Positions 16,684 through 25,179 are shown, counted from the stretch's first letter. The stretch is DNA of 32,000 nucleotides from Pseudomonadota bacterium (GCA_030145845.1 JAIXHJ010000003.1:92426-124425); one strand, 5' to 3'. Program-made: numbers and translations. The notes: generated by a model not told the origin, from the sequence alone.

Positions 16684-18342
16684 GTGAGAATTATTTCCCT
16701 GATGTTTGTAGCCGCTGTTGCAGTATCCGGCTGCACAGCATCATCCGAGCCGGTCAGTGATCATCTGACGGCCGACCGCCTGCTTAATAAAACCCCTTAT
16801 CTTTTACCTCAGTGTTATACCGATCCGGTGGATGACTCAGGAACATACAACCCTTGCTACGCCTGTCACACGGAAAGCAAAGAGCCGAATTATTTCAGCG
16901 ACATTGATGTTCAGCTGGCTTACAACATGCCGGAACCCGGTGTTAAGCATTCCTGGATGAATGTGTATAAGGACCGTAGCCAGGCGATCAGCAATATCAG
17001 TGATGAAGAGATTCTGACGTATGTCCGGCAGGATAATTATTTAGGTGAAGATGGCCGTATTACGCTGGCAGATAAACTGAATGAGGTTCCGGCTGAATGG
17101 GACCGGAATAAGAATGGCCAGTGGGATGGTTATATCCCGGATGTGTATTTCAATTTTAATGAGGCGGGTTTTGATCTGTCACCTGCAGGCCAACCAACAG
17201 GCTGGCGGGTATTTGCCTATTACCCCTTCCCAGGTACCTTTATGCCAACCAATGGCTCCACCGATGATGTGCTGATCCGTTTACCGGAAGCGTTCCGTGA
17301 ACTGGAAGCGGGTGTCTACGATCAGGAAACCTACCTGATCAACCTGGCCATTGTCGAGAGCATGGTAAAGGAGCAGGATGTCCGTATTCCGCAGGTTGAT
17401 GAAACCCGCTATGGCGTTGACCTGAACAAAGACGGTGAATTAACAACGGCTTCTGTCATCCGCTATGACTGGGCACCACTGAAAAACATTTATATGAGTT
17501 ATGTTGGTCAGGCCCGCTCCCTGCTTGAGCAGGGTAAGGTGCACCTGGCGGCACGCCTGTATCCGGAAGGTACCGAGTTTGTTCACACCGTGCGCTATGT
17601 CGATGTGGATGACTCAGGCAAGGCCGGTATTTCCCCCCGGATGAAAGAACTCCGCTATGGCCGTAAAGCCAGCTGGCGTAATTACTTTAATCTGCAGCGT
17701 TACGTTGAAAAAGAAGAGAAAGAGCGTCATGACTTTCCGGAGCGGACCAAGCAGGTTATCGGCAATATGGAAGAAGGACTGATTGTCGCTCAGGGCTGGG
17801 TATATCAGGGCTTTATTGAAGATAAAGAAGGTGAACTCCGGCCTCAGACTTATGAGGAAAACTATTTCTGTGTCGGTTGTCATACCGGTATCGGCGTGAC
17901 CACGGATACAACCTTTGCCTTTCCCCGCAAGTTTAAAGCAGAAGGGACCTTTAAGGATGGCTGGTATCACTGGATGGAAAAAGGATTTGATAATATCCCG
18001 GATTCTGTCCGCGAAGATGGTCACGGTGAGTATTCTTACTATCTGGAACATAACCCGACCGGTAATGAATTCCGTACTAATGATGAAGTTAAAGCGAAGT
18101 TCTTTAATGCCGATGGCAGTAAAAAAGCCGGGGCATTTGCAAAACTGGAGTCGGATATCAGCTATCTTCTGCTACCGACAAAAGAACGGGCTCTGATGCT
18201 GAATAAGGCCTACAGGGTTATCGTTGAGGAACAGAGTTTCACCGAAGGGCGGGATGCGGTTGTCAGGCCAATGGATATTGTGCAGAAAGAGGTTCAGTTG
18301 AATGGACCTACCGGCATCAAAGAGGTGCTCAGCTATTACTGA
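16684..18342 (+). CDS. Uncharacterised lipoprotein with two CXXCH (haem c attachment-type) motifs, 552 aa
   Basis: GTG start with GAGAGG RBS 5 nt upstream. Lipobox AVSGC|TAS. CYACH at nt 16855-16869 (aa 58-62) and CVGCH at nt 17869-17883 (aa 396-400). I recognise no family. Confidence 0.7.
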   Translation: MRIISLMFVAAVAVSGCTASSEPVSDHLTADRLLNKTPYLLPQCYTDPVDDSGTYNPCYACHTESKEPNYFSDIDVQLAYNMPEPGVKHSWMNVYKDRSQAISNISDEEILTYVRQDNYLGEDGRITLADKLNEVPAEWDRNKNGQWDGYIPDVYFNFNEAGFDLSPAGQPTGWRVFAYYPFPGTFMPTNGSTDDVLIRLPEAFRELEAGVYDQETYLINLAIVESMVKEQDVRIPQVDETRYGVDLNKDGELTTASVIRYDWAPLKNIYMSYVGQARSLLEQGKVHLAARLYPEGTEFVHTVRYVDVDDSGKAGISPRMKELRYGRKASWRNYFNLQRYVEKEEKERHDFPERTKQVIGNMEEGLIVAQGWVYQGFIEDKEGELRPQTYEENYFCVGCHTGIGVTTDTTFAFPRKFKAEGTFKDGWYHWMEKGFDNIPDSVREDGHGEYSYYLEHNPTGNEFRTNDEVKAKFFNADGSKKAGAFAKLESDISYLLLPTKERALMLNKAYRVIVEEQSFTEGRDAVVRPMDIVQKEVQLNGPTGIKEVLSYY

Positions 18343-18360
18343 TTTTCTCTGAAGCAATAA

Positions 18361-18386
18361 AAAAGCGGCCTGTCGGCCGCTTTTTT
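18361..18386. terminator. Bidirectional intrinsic terminator between the convergent CXXCH-lipoprotein gene and ppnN
   Basis: A-run, then gcggcc-tgtc-ggccgc hairpin (18365-18380), then T6. Confidence 0.85.
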
Positions 18387-19746
18387 ATTTTACAATTTCA
18401 TAACAGGGTTCGTACCCTCCGCTGATTTTCATCCTGCCATGATCGACCATGGCTGATAACAGGGTATCCATACCTGTCATGATCTCCTCATCGCCTTGCA
18501 GCTGATAGGGGCCGTGCTCCTGCACCCGTAATACGCCACTGGCTTTGACGTTACCGGCGACGATGCCGGAAAATGCGCGCCGCAGGTTTGCCGCCAGCTG
18601 GTGATGGGGCAGGGCTTTGCTCAGGTTCAGACTGGCCATGGCTTCATGAGTCGGATCAAACGGCAGCTGGAAATCTTCGGCGATCGTCAGTGCCCAGTTA
18701 AAGAAGAAGGCATCGTTGTTGGAGCAACGGTATTCTTCAACGGCTGTCATACCGGTTTTCATATAACGGGCTACCGCTGCTGCGTCATCAATAATCAGCT
18801 CATAACGCTGGCGGGCCTCATCCCCAAGAGTGGTGGCAATAAAATTATCCAGATCACGCAGATAGGCTTCTGACTCAGCCGGGCCGGTTACGACCACAGG
18901 GAAAGGGATGGCCTGGTTATCCGGGTGGGAAAGAACCCCTAACAGATACAGGAGCTCTTCGGCAGTGCCCGGGCCGCCGGGGAAAATCACAATACCATGC
19001 GCCATACGCATAAAGGCTTCCAGACGTTTTTCAATGTCCGGCAGAATAACCAGTTCGTTAACAATCGGGTTGGGGGCTTCGCTGGCGATAATGCCCGGTT
19101 CGGTAATGCCGATATAACGTCCTTCGCGGTTATGTTGTTTGGCGTGAGCGATGGTGCAGCCTTTCATCGGCCCTTTCATCGCACCCGGACCACAGCCGGT
19201 ACCAACATTCAGGCCGCGTAAGCCCAGTTGGTAGCCAACATCTTTGGTGTACTGGTATTCGTGTCTGGGAATGGAGTGCCCACCCCAGCAGATCACCAGG
19301 TCGGGTCGTCTGTCCGGTTTCAGCAGGTTGGCGTTGCGCAGCAGGTGAAAAACGGCGTTGGTGATATCTTCACTGCGGTTAAGATCAAAGCGGTGTGCTT
19401 TTAATATGGATTCCTGTGCATACAGTACATCACGCAGAACAGAAAACAGCTGCTCGCGTACACCGCGGATAATTTCGCCATCGACAAAAGCGCTCTGAGG
19501 CGGATTGATCAGGTTAAGAATGATACCACGATCTTCCTGCTCAACGCGGATATTGAAATCGCGGAACTCAGTTTCCAGGTCAAGGTAATTATCAGACTGA
19601 CTGCCGGCGCTGAGGACTGCGTAGCAGCAGCGTCTGACCAGTTCATGTGATTCGCTGCTGACATCTTTCAGCATCTGAATTTCATAGCGTGACAGAACAC
19701 GCAGGTGGGTTTTCGGGTGAATCAGTTCGTAATGGGTTGTTGCCAC
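18385..19746 (-). CDS. ppnN: Nucleotide 5'-monophosphate nucleosidase PpnN (LOG family, YgdH), 453 aa
   Basis: Length and sequence are collinear with E. coli PpnN: ..MLKDVSS...C.YAVL.SGS..DN...L...F.DFNI.V....RGI.L.LINPP..AFVDG.IIR. It carries the LOG motif VIFPGGPGTAEEL. GTG start with GAGGAG RBS. Confidence 0.92.
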   Translation of the reverse strand: MATTHYELIHPKTHLRVLSRYEIQMLKDVSSESHELVRRCCYAVLSAGSQSDNYLDLETEFRDFNIRVEQEDRGIILNLINPPQSAFVDGEIIRGVREQLFSVLRDVLYAQESILKAHRFDLNRSEDITNAVFHLLRNANLLKPDRRPDLVICWGGHSIPRHEYQYTKDVGYQLGLRGLNVGTGCGPGAMKGPMKGCTIAHAKQHNREGRYIGITEPGIIASEAPNPIVNELVILPDIEKRLEAFMRMAHGIVIFPGGPGTAEELLYLLGVLSHPDNQAIPFPVVVTGPAESEAYLRDLDNFIATTLGDEARQRYELIIDDAAAVARYMKTGMTAVEEYRCSNNDAFFFNWALTIAEDFQLPFDPTHEAMASLNLSKALPHHQLAANLRRAFSGIVAGNVKASGVLRVQEHGPYQLQGDEEIMTGMDTLLSAMVDHGRMKISGGYEPCYEIVK

Positions 19747-19774
19747 AAACTACTCCTCAGACTGGCTCCGGATA

Positions 19775-20359
19775 TCAGGCCCAGAGTTCCATCGGTCCGT
19801 AATGGCTAAGCAATTTGAGAATATCGCTGCGGGTAATAATTCCGCACAGTTCATTCTCTTCATTAATAACCGGCAGTGCGCCGATGTTGTATTCGTAAAG
19901 AATATTACTGGTCTGGCGGATGTCGGTTGTTTTACGGATACAGATAACCGGCCGGCTGGCGTAGGCGAGAATCCCGTTCTGCCAGATATCACCCTGTTTG
20001 ACCAGTGCCTGCATGAGGTCGCGGTCAGACACAATCGCGAGAATATGACGGTTTTTATCAATCACCGGCAGATGGTGATAACCGCTGGATGATAGCAGGT
20101 TCCAGGCGCGCTGAATCGTGTCGTCAGATGACAGTGTGTGCACGGTGGTACGCATAATGTCTTCAGCGAAAGCGATTCGGTCAGGTTTTTTTTCATGCTG
20201 CCGGTAGGCTTCGGGCAGGGTGCTGCTGCCATCACCGTAGGTTCTGTCTTTCTGAACCGGTTGTATGCGTGCGGTTGCTTCGGTTGCGCGGACACGGAAA
20301 CGTTCCGGTTGAACCGGTGTTTCAACCCGTCTGCCCATATCGAAAACAATCAGTGACAT
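19775..20359 (-). CDS. CBS-pair domain protein, 194 aa
   Basis: Start chosen at ATG 20359. About 60 aa of apparently disordered N-terminus, then two CBS repeats (..IMRTTVHTLSSDDTIQRAWNLLSSSGYHHLPVIDKNRHILAIVSDRDLM.. and ..RPVICIRKTTDIRQTSNILYEYNIGALPVINEENELCGIITRSDILK). 28 nt upstream of ppnN on the same strand. Confidence 0.8.
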   Translation of the reverse strand: MSLIVFDMGRRVETPVQPERFRVRATEATARIQPVQKDRTYGDGSSTLPEAYRQHEKKPDRIAFAEDIMRTTVHTLSSDDTIQRAWNLLSSSGYHHLPVIDKNRHILAIVSDRDLMQALVKQGDIWQNGILAYASRPVICIRKTTDIRQTSNILYEYNIGALPVINEENELCGIITRSDILKLLSHYGPMELWA

Positions 20360-20460
20360 CTCTGAATCCGTAAAGAAAGTGATTCCATCTATCTGACAGG
20401 GACTATAGCAGCGCTGAATCAGACTTGTCAGTAATAAGCTGGTGCGTGGTGGGTCCGTCC

Positions 20461-20477
20461 TGCACAGCACTGGTGCT
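20461..20477 (+). promoter_or_regulatory. Candidate NtrC enhancer site upstream of amt
   Basis: TGCACAG-CAC-TGGTGCT compared with consensus TGCACCA-N3-TGGTGCA (11 of 14 specified positions). Centred about 80 nt upstream of the -12 element of the sigma-54 promoter. Confidence 0.55.
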
Positions 20478-20540
20478 GTTCCCACTGGCGAATAATGTAA
20501 ACGGCAGAAATAAAAGCGTTACTCAGCATGTTTATCTCCA

Positions 20541-20556
20541 TGGCACATCCTTTGCT
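20541..20556 (+). promoter_or_regulatory. Sigma-54 (-24/-12) promoter of the amt operon
   Basis: TGGCAC-atcct-TTGCT matches TGGCAC-N5-TTGC(A/T) exactly in the conserved GG/GC core and spacing. It lies 44 nt upstream of the amt ATG. Confidence 0.75.
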
Positions 20557-20599
20557 CCTGCTATTCAATGAATTGCCAATAAGGATGGGTGGGGTAGAC

Positions 20600-21901
20600 A
20601 TGATTAAGATTGCACAAGCATTGATTCTGATCTGCCTGATATCGTCAGCCGGGCAGGTGCTGGCTGACGATGCTGCGGCGACACAGGGACGGAATACACT
20701 GTGGGTGGTTGTGGCCGCCGCACTGGTGTTCTTTATGCAGGCCGGATTCGCGCTGCTGGAAAGCGGTATGTCGCGCGCCAAAAATGCCGTTAACGTGATG
20801 ATGAAAAATTACATGGATGTGTGTCTCGGTAGTCTTATTTTCTGGCTGGTTGGTTATGGCCTGATGTTCGGCGAAAATTTTTCCGGTTTTTTTGGCAGTA
20901 CTATGTTTGCCGTGTCGCATGCTGAGCCATGGGATTATACCGTGCTGCTTTTTCAGACTATGTTTGCTGCCACGGCTGTGACCATCTGCAGTGGTGCGAT
21001 GGCAGAACGCACAAAATATGATGCCTACCTGATAGCGGCCTGTCTGATTACCGCGTTTATTTATCCGGTGTTCGGCAGCTGGGTCTGGGGTGGCCTTTAT
21101 GGTGGCTCAGGCTGGCTGGCGAGACTGGGCTTTATTGATTTTGCCGGCTCGACGGTGGTGCACTCGGTCGGCGCCTGGTGCGCGTTGGCCGGAATTATTG
21201 TGCTGGGGGCCAGAACCGGCCGCTTTGACCGTCAGAGCGGTGCGCCGCGTCCGGTACCGGGGCACAACCTTTCATTGGTGGCACTCGGTGGTTTTATTCT
21301 CTGGCTGGGCTGGTTTGGTTTCAATGGCGGCAGTACGCTGGAAGCCAATGAACATGTCGGACTGATTGTGCTTAACACACAACTGGCAGCGGCGGCGGGT
21401 GCTGTCGGGGCACTGCTGTTCAGCCGTCTGACGCGCAAACCTGTGCTGTTAACGGCAACGGTGAATGGCAGTATTGCCGGCCTGGTTGGTATTACCGCCG
21501 GCTGTGCGTCGATGACACCGGCGTTTGCGGCATTTACCGGTCTGATTGCCGGTGTTATTTCCGTGTATGGTGCCGGCTGGATGGAACGCCGCCGGCTGGA
21601 TGATGTGGTCGGAGCCATTCCGGTGCATGGTTTTGCCGGTGCCTGGGGCACGCTCGCTGCGGGATTATTTCTTGATGGTAATATGTTTGATCTGACGCAG
21701 GTCGCAGTACAGATCATCGGCATTGCTTCGGCATTTTTCTGGGCTTTCCCATTATCCCTGATTATTTTCTTTCTGATCGACCGCACACTGGGCTTACGTT
21801 CCACGACCCAGAACGAGCAGCTGGGACTCGATTTTACTGAACATGATGAGGTGGGCTATCCGGAATTTCACCAGCATGTTACTTACCACAGGGAATCGTA
21901 A
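20600..21901 (+). CDS. amt: Ammonium transporter (Amt family), 433 aa
   Basis: From ATG 20600: signal peptide MIKIAQALILICLISSAGQVLA, then ..WVVVAAALVFFMQAGFALLESGMSRAKN..., ..FIDFAGSTVVHSVGAW..LAG..VLG.R.GRF. and ..GWFGFNGGS... It ends with the ..AIPVHGFAGAWGTLA.. twin-His region. Confidence 0.95.
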   Translation: MIKIAQALILICLISSAGQVLADDAAATQGRNTLWVVVAAALVFFMQAGFALLESGMSRAKNAVNVMMKNYMDVCLGSLIFWLVGYGLMFGENFSGFFGSTMFAVSHAEPWDYTVLLFQTMFAATAVTICSGAMAERTKYDAYLIAACLITAFIYPVFGSWVWGGLYGGSGWLARLGFIDFAGSTVVHSVGAWCALAGIIVLGARTGRFDRQSGAPRPVPGHNLSLVALGGFILWLGWFGFNGGSTLEANEHVGLIVLNTQLAAAAGAVGALLFSRLTRKPVLLTATVNGSIAGLVGITAGCASMTPAFAAFTGLIAGVISVYGAGWMERRRLDDVVGAIPVHGFAGAWGTLAAGLFLDGNMFDLTQVAVQIIGIASAFFWAFPLSLIIFFLIDRTLGLRSTTQNEQLGLDFTEHDEVGYPEFHQHVTYHRES

Positions 21902-21905
21902 GTAA

Positions 21906-22571
21906 ATGAATATGACAACCGAAGGCAAGCGCCGCGCTGTCTTTACTGTGCTGTCTGAATTTGTGGATGGCCGTGAGCTGTGGCAGGCGATGTGGCGTTG
22001 GCAGAATAATTATTCTGATAAATCCCAGTTTGAGCTGAATGCGTTTTTATCAGATTGCCGTGATATTGAAGGTATTGCCGTTAACCGGCCCACGCTTTAC
22101 CGACGGCTGATTGGTATTCTGATGAATAACAGTGCGGATATGAAGCCTGATCCGATTCAGGATATGCTGCAGTTCCGTGAACAAACCGCCATGGACAGCG
22201 GAGCGTCGGCAGCAGAGGATTGGTCAGAAACTTTCACTCTGGTGCTGCAGGGCATCTTTGCGCAACTGCGGTCTGATACCGCCAGAATGGTGAAGCAATA
22301 CGCCACAGAGCAGGCAAGCCGGGACCATCTGGCCAAATCCCTGGTGTATGAATTTACCCTCTGGGAGGGCGATCAGCTGCTCGGCGTCAGCGGTGTGCCA
22401 TTACAGGATCTGCGTCGCCTGCTGAATGTTATTTATATCGGCGTGTGTGAGTCGCTGGGGCCGGTTGCAGCAGACCGTATTCTCAGTACTGCGGTGACGG
22501 ACGCGGCTGATGCGCTGGCAGCACAGAACGTCAGTGCACCAGAGCCGCGGCTGTTGCTGAGCAGGCCATGA
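21906..22571 (+). CDS. Hypothetical cytoplasmic protein co-transcribed with amt, 221 aa
   Basis: ATG 4 nt after the amt stop, same strand. No signal peptide or TM segment. No family recognised (MNMTTEGKRRAVFTVLSEFVDGRELWQAMWRWQNNYSDK...). Confidence 0.55.
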   Translation: MNMTTEGKRRAVFTVLSEFVDGRELWQAMWRWQNNYSDKSQFELNAFLSDCRDIEGIAVNRPTLYRRLIGILMNNSADMKPDPIQDMLQFREQTAMDSGASAAEDWSETFTLVLQGIFAQLRSDTARMVKQYATEQASRDHLAKSLVYEFTLWEGDQLLGVSGVPLQDLRRLLNVIYIGVCESLGPVAADRILSTAVTDAADALAAQNVSAPEPRLLLSRP

Positions 22572-22656
22572 CGAACGGATTAAACAGGTGAGATACAGCC
22601 CACTTGCGGATACCATATTGTCCACTTTGGATCTTATGTAAACCCTGTGAGTAGTT

Positions 22657-23508
22657 ATGGAACGTGTATACCGTTTAATCATTTCCTGCCCTGACCGGGT
22701 CGGCATCGTTGCCCGCGTCGGCGATTTTTTTGCCGGGCATGGCGGCTGGATCGTCGAGGCCAATCATTATTCCGATCCGGAAAGCGGCCGTTTCTTTATG
22801 CGTCACTGCATCCGTGCCTCGTCATTGCCATTCGACCTGGATGGGCTGAAAGAAGAGTTTGCGCCCATTGCGGCCGAGTTTGATATGGACTGGCAGGTCA
22901 GCGATTCCGGTCAGGCGAAAAAAGTGGTGCTGATGGCCAGTAAAGACAGCCACTGTCTGGTGGATCTGCTGCACCGCTGGCACAGTAAGGAGCTGGAGTG
23001 CGACATTCCCTGTGTGATTTCCAATCACGATACCCTGAGATCCCTGGTCGAGTGGCACGGCATTCCTTTTTTTCATGTACCGGCCGACCGGGATAATAAA
23101 GCAGAGCACTTCAGCCGTGTGAACGCCATCGTGGAGGAACACAATGCCGATACCATAGTGCTGGCCCGTTATATGCAAATCATCCCGCCGGAGCTGTGTC
23201 TGCAATACCACGGTCAGGTCATTAACATTCACCACAGTTTTCTGCCTTCCTTCGTCGGAGCACGGCCTTACCATCAGGCGGCAGAGCGGGGAGTGAAACT
23301 GATTGGTGCCACCTGTCACTATGTGACTCAGGAACTGGATGCTGGGCCGATTATCGATCAGGACGTTATCCGTATCAGTCATAACGACAGCGTGGATGAT
23401 ATGGTTCGGCTGGGTAAGGATGTGGAGAAAATGGTGCTTTCCCGCGGCGTGCGCAGCCATCTGGAAGACCGGGTATTGCTGCACGGTAACAAGACCATTG
23501 TTTTCTGA
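22657..23508 (+). CDS. purU: Formyltetrahydrofolate deformylase, 283 aa
   Basis: N-terminal ACT domain (YRLIISCPDRVGIVARVGDFFAGHGGWIVEA) plus a formyltransferase domain (..VLARYMQIIPPELC....G.VINIHHSFLPSFVGARPYHQA.ERGVKLIGATCHYVT.ELDAGPII.Q). Confidence 0.95.
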   Translation: MERVYRLIISCPDRVGIVARVGDFFAGHGGWIVEANHYSDPESGRFFMRHCIRASSLPFDLDGLKEEFAPIAAEFDMDWQVSDSGQAKKVVLMASKDSHCLVDLLHRWHSKELECDIPCVISNHDTLRSLVEWHGIPFFHVPADRDNKAEHFSRVNAIVEEHNADTIVLARYMQIIPPELCLQYHGQVINIHHSFLPSFVGARPYHQAAERGVKLIGATCHYVTQELDAGPIIDQDVIRISHNDSVDDMVRLGKDVEKMVLSRGVRSHLEDRVLLHGNKTIVF

Positions 23509-23637
23509 AGCGGCCTGCGCCGGCGCAACCTTGTTAAAAACAGGCCAGGGAATAATCATCCGGTACTGGTAAGCCCGGTTTTTTTGGCCGGTATTTCCTT
23601 GTTCTGCTTGCCCGATAATGTTTCAGGAACAGCATCA

Positions 23638-23678
23638 TAAAAAAACGGGAGTCGCTGCCAGGCGACTCCCGTTTTTTT
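23638..23678. terminator. Bidirectional intrinsic terminator between convergent purU and the thiolase gene
   Basis: A7, then cgggagtcgc-tgccag-gcgactcccg (10-bp stem, 23646-23671), then T7. Confidence 0.85.
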
Positions 23679-23701
23679 GTGGCTCAGAATTTATCTGCTC
23701 G

Positions 23702-24889
23702 TCAGATCAGCTCAATCGCCACGGCAGTGGCTTCACCACCACCGATACACAGAGCGGCAACACCTTTGCTGCCACCGGTATTTTTCAGGGCGTTCATCAG
23801 GGTAACGATCAGACGGGAACCGGTAGACCCCACCGGGTGACCCTGGGCACAGGCGCCGCCGTAAATATTGACTTTGTTGATGTCCAGTTTCAGCTCATCG
23901 ACCGGCATCATGGCAACCATGGCAAAGGCTTCGTTGATTTCATACAGGTCAACGTCATCCTTGCTCCAGCCGGCTTTGGCCAGAACTTTTTCGATAGCAC
24001 CGACCGGCGCGATGGTGAACTCAGACGGATGCTGTGACTGAGTGGCGTGGGCAACGATACGGGCCATCGGTTTGATGCCTTTTGCGCTGGCAGCGGCTTC
24101 GCTCATCAGCACCAGTGCCGAGGCGCCATCAGAAATGGAAGAAGCGTTGGCGGCGGTGATGGTGCCGTCTTTGCTGAATGCCGGGCGCAGGGACGGGATC
24201 TTCTCAATATTGGCGTTGAAGGGCTGTTCATCCTGATCGACAACGGTTTCACCCTTGCGGGTTTTGACCGTAACCGGAACAATTTCAGCCGCGTTCAGGC
24301 CTTTTTCGATCGCATCTTTGGCACGGGTCAGTGACATGATGGCGTACTCGTCCATCTGTTCACGGGTATAGCCTTTCTTGTCCGCCATTTCCTGCGCGAA
24401 CGCACCCATCAGTTTGCCGGTTTCGGCATCTTCCAGACCATCCAGGAACATATGGTCCTTGGCCTGGTCGCCGTGACCCATGCGGTAACCACCACGGGCA
24501 CTTTCCAGAATGTAGGGCGCATTGGACATGGATTCCATGCCGCCGGCGACGGCAATGTTCACGGAACCGGCTTTGATGGCATCGAAGGCCATCATGGTGG
24601 CTTTCATACCGGAACCACACAGTTTGTTCACGGTGGTTGCACCGGTGGCATCCGGCAGACCGGCTTTACGCATGGCCTGACGGGCCGGGCCCTGCTTCAG
24701 GCCGGCAGGCAGAACATTGCCCATGATCACTTCTTCGACATCGGCGGCTTCAATGCCGGCACGCTTGACTGCCTCAGCAATGGCGAGGGAGCCAAGTTCA
24801 GTTGCGCCAACAGGGGCCAGGCTGCCACCGAAGCCCCCCATTGGGGTACGGGCGCCGGCAACGATGACTACAGAGTTCTGGTCAGACAT
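23702..24889 (-). CDS. Acetyl-CoA C-acetyltransferase (thiolase II), 395 aa
   Basis: MSDQNSVVIVAGARTPMGGFGGSL...VNKLCGSGMKA (active-site Cys)...NEAFA...NIYGGACAQGHPVGSTGSR...ALCIGGGEATAVAIE. AGGAGA RBS. Confidence 0.95.
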   Translation of the reverse strand: MSDQNSVVIVAGARTPMGGFGGSLAPVGATELGSLAIAEAVKRAGIEAADVEEVIMGNVLPAGLKQGPARQAMRKAGLPDATGATTVNKLCGSGMKATMMAFDAIKAGSVNIAVAGGMESMSNAPYILESARGGYRMGHGDQAKDHMFLDGLEDAETGKLMGAFAQEMADKKGYTREQMDEYAIMSLTRAKDAIEKGLNAAEIVPVTVKTRKGETVVDQDEQPFNANIEKIPSLRPAFSKDGTITAANASSISDGASALVLMSEAAASAKGIKPMARIVAHATQSQHPSEFTIAPVGAIEKVLAKAGWSKDDVDLYEINEAFAMVAMMPVDELKLDINKVNIYGGACAQGHPVGSTGSRLIVTLMNALKNTGGSKGVAALCIGGGEATAVAIELI

Positions 24890-25179
24890 GTTCTGTCTCC
24901 TGAATCAGATAACAAAAGGGTGGCTATTTTAGAGGAATGTGTTTGTGAATCACAATCACAGCTCTGTGGACTGAAAATGGCAGGTGCGACGGATTCTGCG
25001 ACTAACGTCTTGGTTACATACAGATACAAAATGGGAGGGTGATAAGACAGGAATCATACTTTTGAGTGATGAGGGTGCGCTTCGGCCAGATTATAGTCAT
25101 GGCTTCACTCTGGGGTGGGGAGACTCTCATTACTCTCCGGAGTGCACTAATAACCATAAAAACACAGACAGGTAGCAAT

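Noticed and set aside
20528-20599. Upstream extension of the amt ORF (MFISMAHPLL...)
   Set aside because: This stretch contains the sigma-54 -24/-12 element itself. The Amt signal peptide begins at ATG 20600.
21232-21804. 190-aa minus-strand ORF
   Set aside because: Antisense to amt. The Pro/Ala/Ser/Arg-rich translation is typical of the reverse frame of a membrane-protein gene.
22822-23559. 245-aa minus-strand ORF
   Set aside because: Antisense to purU, whose identity is unambiguous. No independent coding evidence.
23561-23587. Second possible purU terminator (ccgg...ccgg followed by T7)
   Set aside because: The stem is only about 4 bp with a large loop. The strong bidirectional terminator at 23638-23678 explains termination better.
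24944-24960. Possible CRP site (TGTGA ... TCACA)
   Set aside because: The half-sites are separated by 1 nt (or 7 nt using the second TCACA), not the 6 nt required by the CRP consensus. It is kept only as an unassigned palindrome in the findings.
25066-25179. Upstream extension of the lipase ORF (MMRVRFGQ...)
   Set aside because: A canonical lipoprotein signal peptide starts at the internal Met (ATG 25180, MVKKTLLSLAIAATAAGLAGC). The extension would bury it and has no RBS support.
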